Notes under the pieces: model-generated
Databases searched by the model: none
Seen by the model: only the letters and a program-made list of their open reading frames with translations
Told to the model about the DNA's origin: nothing
Translations under genes and position numbers: made by a program
Part shown: piece after piece, positions 36,105 through 43,686 of the stretch
How positions within the stretch are numbered: the first letter of the stretch is position 1
How the letters are laid out: each line of letters starts with the position of its first letter
From: a virus
Lineage: Duplodnaviria; Caudoviricetes
Direction: 5' to 3' (one strand)
DNA length: 62,043 nt
IMG/VR virus record: IMGVR_UViG_3300032322_001602
Coordinates: 1-62,043 of that record

Positions 36105-37297
36105 CCTATCCAACAGTTGCAGACGAGTGGGCCACGCTGCGGCAGGTCTGCGCTGGCAAGTCCATCGCCCGCTATGGTGACGGCGAGTTCAATCTCGTGC
36201 AGGGCGGCAAGTGTGTGCCACAGCTGTTCAGCAAGGAGATCCAGCAGGAGCTGCGCACCATTCTCGTCAATCCGCACCCTGAGTGTCTCGTCGGCGTGCC
36301 GCGAGTCTTCAAGGGCATGCCGGAGAGCAAGCGCGGCTCGTGGGAGCCCCGGCTGCCGCAGTACGCAACCTACCTGAGCCCGAAGGTCGACTACTACTCG
36401 GCGTTCATCACGCGCCCCGACAGCGCGCCGCACATCGCCGTCAAGGAGTACTTCGACCTGATGGAGTCCCTGTGGAGCGGGCAGGAAGTGGTGCTGGTCT
36501 ACGGCGGCTACCGCTCGCTGTATCCCGAGTTCCTCAAGTACACGGGCGCGACCAAGGTCCACCCGGTGCTGTGCAGCTACGAGGACACTTACAACCAGAT
36601 CGACTACCTCGAACACGCGGTGATGAGTCTGGGCGTTGAGCGGGTGCTGCTGTGCGCGGGGCCGGCTGCGACCTGTCTGGCGAATCGGCTGTCGGCTGGC
36701 GGGCTGCATGCGATCGACCTCGGGCACATCGGCCTGTTCTGGCGACAGGGAGATCCTGCCTACCAGAAGCTCAGGTTCCTGCCGAGCGTCGTGACGCCGG
36801 ACTCATCGATGACCAAGGCAGCGATCAAGGCGAAAGGACAGGCGTCGTTTCACGCGCCTGTCAACCGCTGGTGGCCAGAAGTGTCAAAGCCCAATGCTGA
36901 AACGCTACTGGCTGTTGAGCAGTTGCATGCCGAGATGCTGGCGTTGACGCTCCCCAGCAAGCAGCAGGGAGCTTGCGTGCTGGTTGGCGGTGGCTCTGGT
37001 GTCATCGCCGACATGCTGGCGGAGCGTTACGAGCGGGTCTACGTGTTCCAGCCTGACCTTGCCTACTTCGGCAGCATGCGGCGCAACGTCAAGCACAAGA
37101 ACATCCTGATCTACAAGGAAGCGCTTGGCAGTCGTGTGGGACACACGGTGCATGACGGCTACACGGTTCTGCAGGTGACTGTCGAAAGCTTGCACATTCC
37201 AGACCTGAAGGCCATCATCATGCCGGCGGGGTACGATGAACAGGTTATTGCTGGTGCTGGTGGCAACCAGTGCCTTGCACGCAGGGTGTGGTTGTGA
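36098..37297 (+). CDS. GT-D fold (DUF1792-like) glycosyltransferase fused to a degenerate methyltransferase-like domain
   Basis: SIARYGDGEF, AFITRP, LLCAGPAATCLA..AIDLGHI; C-terminal VLVGGGSG..VYVFQPD..EALG. Confidence 0.8.
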   Translation: MLTYPTVADEWATLRQVCAGKSIARYGDGEFNLVQGGKCVPQLFSKEIQQELRTILVNPHPECLVGVPRVFKGMPESKRGSWEPRLPQYATYLSPKVDYYSAFITRPDSAPHIAVKEYFDLMESLWSGQEVVLVYGGYRSLYPEFLKYTGATKVHPVLCSYEDTYNQIDYLEHAVMSLGVERVLLCAGPAATCLANRLSAGGLHAIDLGHIGLFWRQGDPAYQKLRFLPSVVTPDSSMTKAAIKAKGQASFHAPVNRWWPEVSKPNAETLLAVEQLHAEMLALTLPSKQQGACVLVGGGSGVIADMLAERYERVYVFQPDLAYFGSMRRNVKHKNILIYKEALGSRVGHTVHDGYTVLQVTVESLHIPDLKAIIMPAGYDEQVIAGAGGNQCLARRVWL

Positions 37298-37905
37298 TCA
37301 TCTCCCCGGCGCACTTCAAGTACCTCTATGTGCAGCGCGGGGAGGTGGCCGATGTCTACCAGAAGCAGGGGTTCGAAGCATGGAAGGCTGCGTATGAAGC
37401 CTCGCTCGCGAGAATCATGCGCAGCATCACCGGCTATCTCCCCGCTGAGTGTGGGGCACTGCTCGACGTCGGAAGCGGGCTGGGAGGTATTGACGTCCTT
37501 CTTTCCCGACGCTACGAACATAAAGTCTTGGTGTGTACGATTGACGGGGCCGACAGCCCGCCAGTAGTAAATGTCCACCGGCTGCCGTTCAACAACCAGC
37601 TGATTCAGGCCGACTTCCTCCACGCCAATGGCGTGCAGCGCCAGCACCATTACTCGCCGGACTTCGACCAGTTCGAAGAGAAATTCGACCTGCTGGTCAG
37701 CTTCGCATCGTGGTGCTTCCACTACCCGCCGGAAGAATATCTCGACCGTATTCGCGTGGCGTTGAACCCCGGCGCGACGGTCATCCTCGACGTTCGCACG
37801 TCGGCAGTCCCGTGGCACGACACGTTGCGCAAGGCTTTCGGCGACTACACGGTTCTCTGCACCACCAATAAGCTCATGAGGCTCGCATGGAAATTGACCT
37901 CGTAG
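37294..37905 (+). CDS. Class I SAM-dependent methyltransferase
   Basis: LLDVGSGLGG motif I, FDLLVSFASWCFHY, LNPGA; GTGA coupling. Confidence 0.8.
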   Translation: MIISPAHFKYLYVQRGEVADVYQKQGFEAWKAAYEASLARIMRSITGYLPAECGALLDVGSGLGGIDVLLSRRYEHKVLVCTIDGADSPPVVNVHRLPFNNQLIQADFLHANGVQRQHHYSPDFDQFEEKFDLLVSFASWCFHYPPEEYLDRIRVALNPGATVILDVRTSAVPWHDTLRKAFGDYTVLCTTNKLMRLAWKLTS

Positions 37906-38564
37906 GTAACGACCCTGCGTTGCTTCCTGACTGCAAGCCGGAAGTTCCGGTCCCCAAGGATGCAATGTACTACGACGGGCTGTATTACCCGCGTTCGGAA
38001 GGCAAGCCGTGGTGGATCCGTGACTACCTGCTGAAGCGCGTGACTGATCTCGATCTCGCCGTCAAGCATGTGACTACCAAGTGCATGGCGCTGCAGGCCG
38101 GCGGGTACGTGGGCTTCTGGCCCATCCGGCTGGCGAAGACGTTCGAGCGGGTCTACACCTTCGAGGCGATTCCACCGCTTGCTGCCTGTCTGGCGAAAAA
38201 CGTCGAGCATCTCCCCGGTGTGATTCCGCATTTGGGGGCGCTTAGCGACAACATGGAGGGCGCGTACATCAAGTATGCCCCGGGCGGGCGCAGCAAGGCA
38301 GATGTGGACGACATGCACTGGTGGCGACCATCAGTCACCATCGACTCGCTGAAGCTCCTGCGGCTCGACTTCCTGATGCTCGACATCGAGGGTGGCGAAC
38401 TGAGAGCGTTGCGTGGCGGCAAGAACACCATCGACAAGTGGCGTCCTGTGATCATGCTGGAGATTCACCCGCCGCAGTTCGATGACATCGCCCAGTGGGT
38501 CATCGAGAATCGCTACGAGATCGTCACTCACATCCATTCCGACTACATTCTCTGCCCACTATGA
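37887..38564 (+). CDS. FkbM-family methyltransferase
   Basis: QAGGYVG, VYTFEA, VTIDSL..DFLMLDIEGGE..ALRG..TI..RPVIMLE. Confidence 0.88.
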   Translation: MEIDLVGNDPALLPDCKPEVPVPKDAMYYDGLYYPRSEGKPWWIRDYLLKRVTDLDLAVKHVTTKCMALQAGGYVGFWPIRLAKTFERVYTFEAIPPLAACLAKNVEHLPGVIPHLGALSDNMEGAYIKYAPGGRSKADVDDMHWWRPSVTIDSLKLLRLDFLMLDIEGGELRALRGGKNTIDKWRPVIMLEIHPPQFDDIAQWVIENRYEIVTHIHSDYILCPL

Positions 38565-39085
38565 AATTGCTTTCCGATGGATATCTCGAAGCGCTGCGTG
38601 AGAAAAACGCACGCAAACCCTTCACTGGTACGCAGGGACGATATGCGGGAGCGGTCGTTCAGCGCGTGTTGAAAGGCGATCGGGTTCTCGACTTCGGCTG
38701 TGCGCATCAGGCGCTCAAGACCCAGCTCGAATTCCTGCAGCCGAGTGTTCGCGTTGTCGGCTATGACCCGGCCATTCCTTCGCTGTCGGAATTCCCCGAC
38801 GGGAAGTTTGACATCATCGTCGCCACCGACGTGCTGGAACATATCGAGCCGGAGTACATCGCCGACACGCTGAAGCTGTTCGACCAGCGCTGCACGCGGG
38901 CGATGTTCTTCGTCATCGGTACCGTCGAGACCGGCAAGAAGCTGTCGAACGGATACGACCACCACCTGATCGTGCAGTCACGGCAGGCGTGGGAAGCGTG
39001 GTTTGCCCAGATGCTGCCGCGCTGGCGTTACGTGTTCGAGGGCGAGAACAAGAAAGACTTCGTCTGCTGGCTGCTGCATGAATGA
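38561..39085 (+). CDS. Class I SAM-dependent methyltransferase
   Basis: VLDFGCA, GYDPA, FDIIVATDVLEHIEP; ATGA coupling. Confidence 0.85.
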   Translation: MKLLSDGYLEALREKNARKPFTGTQGRYAGAVVQRVLKGDRVLDFGCAHQALKTQLEFLQPSVRVVGYDPAIPSLSEFPDGKFDIIVATDVLEHIEPEYIADTLKLFDQRCTRAMFFVIGTVETGKKLSNGYDHHLIVQSRQAWEAWFAQMLPRWRYVFEGENKKDFVCWLLHE

Positions 39086-39632
39086 GCTGATCTCGGACGA
39101 GTACAAGGCGCTGCTGCGTCAGAAGCACGACGCCAAGCCGTGGGGCGGCAAGGGGCATACGTGGTGCTTCCTGATCGCGCCGCTGTTGAACCGCCTGCCG
39201 GCGCAGTTGACGATCCTCGACTTCGGTTGCGGGCGTGGCACGTTCAAGCGCGAGATGCAGATTCTGCTGCCGGATGCGACGATCTACGAGTACGATCCCG
39301 GCGTGGCAGGTAAGGACGTCCTCTCGATGGTTCCGTGCGACTACGTGGTCTGCACAGACGTGATGGAACACGTCGAAGAGGACCGCGTCGAGTACACGCT
39401 CAGGACGCTAAACTTTCTTGCGATTGAAGGTGTCTTCTTCAACATTGACACTGCCCTGTCCAGAAGCTTGCTCCCTGACGGCACGAACACCCACATCACG
39501 GTGAAGCCTGCCAAGTGGTGGATGCACCAGCTGCGGGAGAATTTCCCCGGTATGGTCTGGAAGGATCATCCGACAGGGAAGAACCAGCTGGTGGTGTCTG
39601 GACACAGGGAGTGGGAACGTGACGGGGATTGA
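39078..39632 (+). CDS. Class I SAM-dependent methyltransferase (paralog of the previous gene)
   Basis: ILDFGCGRG, EYDPG, DYVVCTDVMEHVE, NTHITV..WW. Confidence 0.85.
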   Translation: MNELISDEYKALLRQKHDAKPWGGKGHTWCFLIAPLLNRLPAQLTILDFGCGRGTFKREMQILLPDATIYEYDPGVAGKDVLSMVPCDYVVCTDVMEHVEEDRVEYTLRTLNFLAIEGVFFNIDTALSRSLLPDGTNTHITVKPAKWWMHQLRENFPGMVWKDHPTGKNQLVVSGHREWERDGD

Positions 39633-40251
39633 CTTCATTGTGGTGGGTGGCGGGTCGACGATCCGTGATTACGACGTCAGCGAGCTGCATCAGCACGCCT
39701 ATGTCATCGGCGTGAACGACGCCGCGTTGTGGGTCGACGGCACGTCGGAGTGCGTCACGATGGACCGTCTGTGGTTCGAGAATCGCTGGGCGTACCTGAG
39801 AATGAAGCGGATCGCGACGTGGGTTCGCCAGAAATGCGATTGCAACGTGCCGCGTGTCGATAAGCGTGACGACTGGAAGACGTTCGTCCATCTCAACTCG
39901 ACCCTCATGGCCCCGAACCCGGGCGCGCTGAACGGCTCGAACAGCGGAACCTGCGCGATCAACCTTGCTTTCCAGCGCATGCGTCCCAACGACAACCTGT
40001 ACCTGCTGGGCTTCGATATGTGCAAGGGACCTAACGGTGAGCCCTACTGGTATCCGCCCTATCCGTGGGCTTCGCCTGCAGGCGCGACCAAGGACGGCCA
40101 CTTCAAGTCGTGGGCAGCGGAGTTCGACGCCATCTACCGGCAGTTTCGCGCCGAGCAGAAGAACATCTTCAACGTCACGCATCGCAGTGCGATCGAGGCG
40201 TTCCCCAAATTGACCTTCAACGACATGATATGGAAGCTTGCTGGTGAATAA
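39619..40251 (+). CDS. Maf/DUF115/sialyltransferase-like fold protein, putative glycosyltransferase
   Basis: FIVVGGGST, VIGVND, NSGTCAINLA, LYLLGFDM. Confidence 0.65.
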   Translation: MTGIDFIVVGGGSTIRDYDVSELHQHAYVIGVNDAALWVDGTSECVTMDRLWFENRWAYLRMKRIATWVRQKCDCNVPRVDKRDDWKTFVHLNSTLMAPNPGALNGSNSGTCAINLAFQRMRPNDNLYLLGFDMCKGPNGEPYWYPPYPWASPAGATKDGHFKSWAAEFDAIYRQFRAEQKNIFNVTHRSAIEAFPKLTFNDMIWKLAGE

Positions 40252-40972
40252 AGTCAGGATGATCTACCCGTACTACGAGAATCCGCAGATGCTGCAGCGG
40301 CAGGTGGAGAACTGGAACCGCTATGCTGGCGAGCTGCGTGACAACGTGCGCGTGCTGCTGATCGATGACGGCAGCCAGAAGCATCCGGCGGAGCCGATCT
40401 TCAGGCACTGCAAGATTCCGAAGAAGCTCTACCGTGTGAAGGAGGACATTCCGTGGAATCAGCACGGTGCGCGCAACCTCGGCGCGCAGCGGGCCTGCAC
40501 CGTTCCCGAGAACTACTGGCTATACATGTCGGACATGGATGTCATTCTGACGCCGGAGGCCGCCTTCGACCTGTTCAGCCGCGAGCTGGACCCGAGGCAC
40601 TACTACACCTTCGAGCGCACCTACCTGCCCGACTGCACGGTGCGCAAGACCCACTGCAACACGTTCCTCGTGAAGCACAACGTGTTCTGGGCGACGGGGG
40701 GCTACGACGAGGACTACTGCGGCACCTACGGCGGCGATGGTCCGTTCCTGCGCCAGCTGAACGTGTTGGCACCGGAGGAGCATCTCTACGACGTGCTGCT
40801 CTTCGGAGTCGAGCGCGATGTGATTTCGGATGCCAACACCGATCTGCCACGCAAGGAAGGAAAGTTTGGCGATGCCTATCGCAAAAAGTTCGACGAGAAG
40901 CGCCGCACGGGTGACGAGCGTGCGCGGAACCCGATCCGCTTCGAGTGGGAAGAGGTGAAGTTCGATGAGTGA
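40244..40972 (+). CDS. GT-A fold glycosyltransferase (GT2/GT7-like)
   Basis: IYPYYEN, LIDDGS, ARNLG, SDMD (DxD), GGYDEDY..YGGD. Confidence 0.88.
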   Translation: MNKVRMIYPYYENPQMLQRQVENWNRYAGELRDNVRVLLIDDGSQKHPAEPIFRHCKIPKKLYRVKEDIPWNQHGARNLGAQRACTVPENYWLYMSDMDVILTPEAAFDLFSRELDPRHYYTFERTYLPDCTVRKTHCNTFLVKHNVFWATGGYDEDYCGTYGGDGPFLRQLNVLAPEEHLYDVLLFGVERDVISDANTDLPRKEGKFGDAYRKKFDEKRRTGDERARNPIRFEWEEVKFDE

Positions 40973-41684
40973 CCTGAAAGTTGTCTGCTACAAGTGGGAA
41001 GCTCCGCTGGGCTACCGGAGTGCTTTCACCCATGTGCAGGTAAACACCCTCTTCAACATGGTCTCGCGGCATTACCACAAGCCGTTCGAGATGGTCTGCA
41101 TCACGGACAACCCCAAGAAGCTCGACTCGGCGATCCGGGTAATCCCCCTGTGGGATGATCACGGCCATTTGGGGAGTCCCCATGGCGGGCTGAATCCTGC
41201 CTGCTATCGCCGGCTCAAGCACTACTCCGAGGAAGCTCGGGAGTTGATTGGGGAACGGTTCATCACGGTCGACCTTGACGTGGTCCTTGTCGACGACGTC
41301 ACCCCGGTCTGGGATCGCCCCGAGGTCGACTTCATGATCTGGGGGGAGACCCTGCGCAGGACCCCCTACAACGGCTCCATGCAGCTCATGACGGCTGGCG
41401 CTCGCAAGCAGGTGTGGGACCGCTTCAATCCTGACACGTCGCCTCTGGAGGCACGCAGGGCTGGCTTCGACGGGTCAGATCAGGCGTGGATCAGCTACGT
41501 GCTGGGGCCGCACGAGAAGCGCTGGAGCATGAAGGATGGGGTGTTTTCGTTCCGGCTGCACGTCAAGACCAACGAAGGCAAGCTCCCCAAGGGAGCGCGG
41601 ATCGTGTTCTTCGAAGGGCAGGTCGATCCGTGGTCAGGAATCGCCAAGCATGTAAGTCCGTGGATCGAGGACCACTGGGTCTAG
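40965..41684 (+). CDS. GT-A fold phage glycosyltransferase
   Basis: VVCYKW, CITD, DLDVV (DxD), YNGSM, SDQAWI, IVFFEG..DPW. Confidence 0.82.
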   Translation: MSDLKVVCYKWEAPLGYRSAFTHVQVNTLFNMVSRHYHKPFEMVCITDNPKKLDSAIRVIPLWDDHGHLGSPHGGLNPACYRRLKHYSEEARELIGERFITVDLDVVLVDDVTPVWDRPEVDFMIWGETLRRTPYNGSMQLMTAGARKQVWDRFNPDTSPLEARRAGFDGSDQAWISYVLGPHEKRWSMKDGVFSFRLHVKTNEGKLPKGARIVFFEGQVDPWSGIAKHVSPWIEDHWV

Positions 41685-43072
41685 GTCCAGCCAGCCACCG
41701 AGGTGCGCGGCCCGCGCACACGCGGGGTGGTGTCACGGATGAGGGCGTCTGCGTAATTCCCACGGGCTCCTAGCGCAGCGTACTGCACACAGTCGCCCAG
41801 ATCCGACCACGGGTGGTTCTTGTCCGGCTTCTCGTCCAGCGCGCCTGTCTTGGCCCGCTTGTAGCGGTAGTAGGATTTCATCGCCTGCACGAGCAGGGGG
41901 CAATTAGCGCCGTCGATCAGCATCCCGTTGTGGCGGAGCATGATCTGCTCGGCAGCCCGCAGGCGGGGCTCCAGATCGTTCGTAGGGGCACCATACGCCT
42001 TGAACCCAAGCCGCTTCAGGACGTCGAACGGGGATTCCTCGTTAACCTGCGACTTCTGCTTCCCAGCAGGATCTCCGATGACGAAGGCGCGAGAGCCTGC
42101 GTAGTGGGCGTACATTGTCGGCTTGAGCTTCGTGTTGATAAACTGCTCGATCCCCATGCCATCCGAGATCAGTTCGCGAAGGATCAGCAGCCGTCCCATA
42201 GGGTCGACTTGTGTGATCAGGCAGGCGGGCGTACGCCCGAAGTCCTGCGCGAGCATCAGCGGGGTGAGGGTGTTCGGGAACACGGGCTGGTAGGTGACAT
42301 GCCGATCGGGCTGGAACGAGGTGCGGAACACCGCCTGCCCTGAGAGGCTCTTGCCGTAGTGCGCGTGGACGTGAACGTCGACCCAGTCTTCGGTGTTCGA
42401 CTCGATCAGCGATTCGTAGTAGTTGTCACGGAGGTTCTCGCGGTTTTCCGCGAGCGCGTCCATACCCCCGGGCTGCTTGAATACTGCCCAGCTGGCCGGG
42501 CAGTCGATCTCCATCTTGATATACCACTCGCTGTCTTCGTCCGGCGGGTTGGACTCGCCGATGATGCCGTACCAAGCGTTCTTGTTGACGCCCAGTGGCC
42601 GGAAGCGGCCAACACGGCCCAGCAGTGCTTCGACAATCGAGATGGGAATCTCGCGGAACTCTGACACCCAGCCACCCGTGATGTTCAGCGACAGCAGGCG
42701 CTGCTGGTCTTCAGGCTTGTCGAGCGGAATCATCATCCACTCAGATTTGATCTTGCCTGCAGTGGGGTGGGTGAACTCGAACAGGATCGTCGAGTCCGTC
42801 ACTTTGTACTGCATGACGGGGGAGAGCCACTTGCGGATGTCTTCCAGAATCGTCTGCCGAAGCTGCTGCGCGGTGTTGCGCACGATGACGAAGCGGGTGT
42901 GGCGCACTCCCTTGGCGTCGGGGTACTCCTCCAGCATTCGCTTGGCAAACTCCATGATCATGCCCGTCGTCTTGCCAGAGCCGTACGGCCCAAGGATGAG
43001 CCGCACCTCATGGTTGTCGAGCATGAACCTGCTGACTGTGGGGGGAGCCGTATAGGTGACGGCGTTACTCAC
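41681..43072 (-). CDS. terL: Terminase large subunit
   Basis: GPYGSGKT Walker A, VRNT, WVSEFRE, SNPP coupling motif, QDFGRTPA and SDLGDCVQY nuclease motifs. Confidence 0.92.
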   Translation of the reverse strand: MSNAVTYTAPPTVSRFMLDNHEVRLILGPYGSGKTTGMIMEFAKRMLEEYPDAKGVRHTRFVIVRNTAQQLRQTILEDIRKWLSPVMQYKVTDSTILFEFTHPTAGKIKSEWMMIPLDKPEDQQRLLSLNITGGWVSEFREIPISIVEALLGRVGRFRPLGVNKNAWYGIIGESNPPDEDSEWYIKMEIDCPASWAVFKQPGGMDALAENRENLRDNYYESLIESNTEDWVDVHVHAHYGKSLSGQAVFRTSFQPDRHVTYQPVFPNTLTPLMLAQDFGRTPACLITQVDPMGRLLILRELISDGMGIEQFINTKLKPTMYAHYAGSRAFVIGDPAGKQKSQVNEESPFDVLKRLGFKAYGAPTNDLEPRLRAAEQIMLRHNGMLIDGANCPLLVQAMKSYYRYKRAKTGALDEKPDKNHPWSDLGDCVQYAALGARGNYADALIRDTTPRVRGPRTSVAGWT

Positions 43073-43571
43073 CCGTCTGCTCCAAGGCTGGCGCGGTGGG
43101 ACGACCTTCGATCGTTACACCCTGTTTGCTGTCCCCGATCACGATGTTCAGCGAGAAGCCCGCAGTGGCTCCACCGCCGGTACCCTCTTTCGTGTTGCGC
43201 CCCGACAGCGCGGCGAGGGTCTTGACGGCATCGATGCGCGCCTGAGACTGCGCACGTTCGTCGTGAGCGATGCTGTCGAGGACGGGGATGGCGTCTTCCA
43301 GCGCCACTTCGGACTTCATCGTAATGCGGGCTTTGGCATTCATGTCGCCAGCCAGCCGCTCGATGGCTTCCTTGAGCATTTCCCTGAACAATGGGGAGTT
43401 CTTAAGGATCCCCCATTGCGCTACAGAGATGCCGTAGCGCGCACGAACGCCTGCAGCGTCAGTGAGGCCGGCAGCGAGTTCCGCAACGATGTTGGCGTTG
43501 AGGCATTCCAGCGGGAGGGAGACCTCCGAGCCGGGGAAAGTTATTTCGGTATTCGCCGAGGGGCGAGCCAT
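43065..43571 (-). CDS. terS: Putative terminase small subunit
   Basis: Immediately upstream of terL; HTH-like N-terminus, helical core, C-terminal beta strand GFSLNIVI; GGAGG RBS. Confidence 0.7.
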   Translation of the reverse strand: MARPSANTEITFPGSEVSLPLECLNANIVAELAAGLTDAAGVRARYGISVAQWGILKNSPLFREMLKEAIERLAGDMNAKARITMKSEVALEDAIPVLDSIAHDERAQSQARIDAVKTLAALSGRNTKEGTGGGATAGFSLNIVIGDSKQGVTIEGRPTAPALEQTGE

Positions 43572-43630
43572 AGGAGCCTCCAATCAGGGGGACGATACTA
43601 CAGGATTCTGGCACACGCTTCACGAGCTTC

Positions 43631-43659
43631 TTGACACACGTTCCCCATACCATGAGACT
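43631..43659 (+). promoter_or_regulatory. Putative promoter for the structural operon, in the divergent terS/portal spacer
   Basis: TTGACA-N17-GAGACT. Confidence 0.5.
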
Positions 43660-43686
43660 ATTCCCCACGCAACTGAGGAGCGTGCA

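Noticed and set aside
36098-41684. DNA hypermodification or restriction-modification cluster
   Set aside because: The MTases lack DNA-MTase catalytic motifs and no enzyme creating a hydroxylated base acceptor is visible; downgraded rather than disproved.
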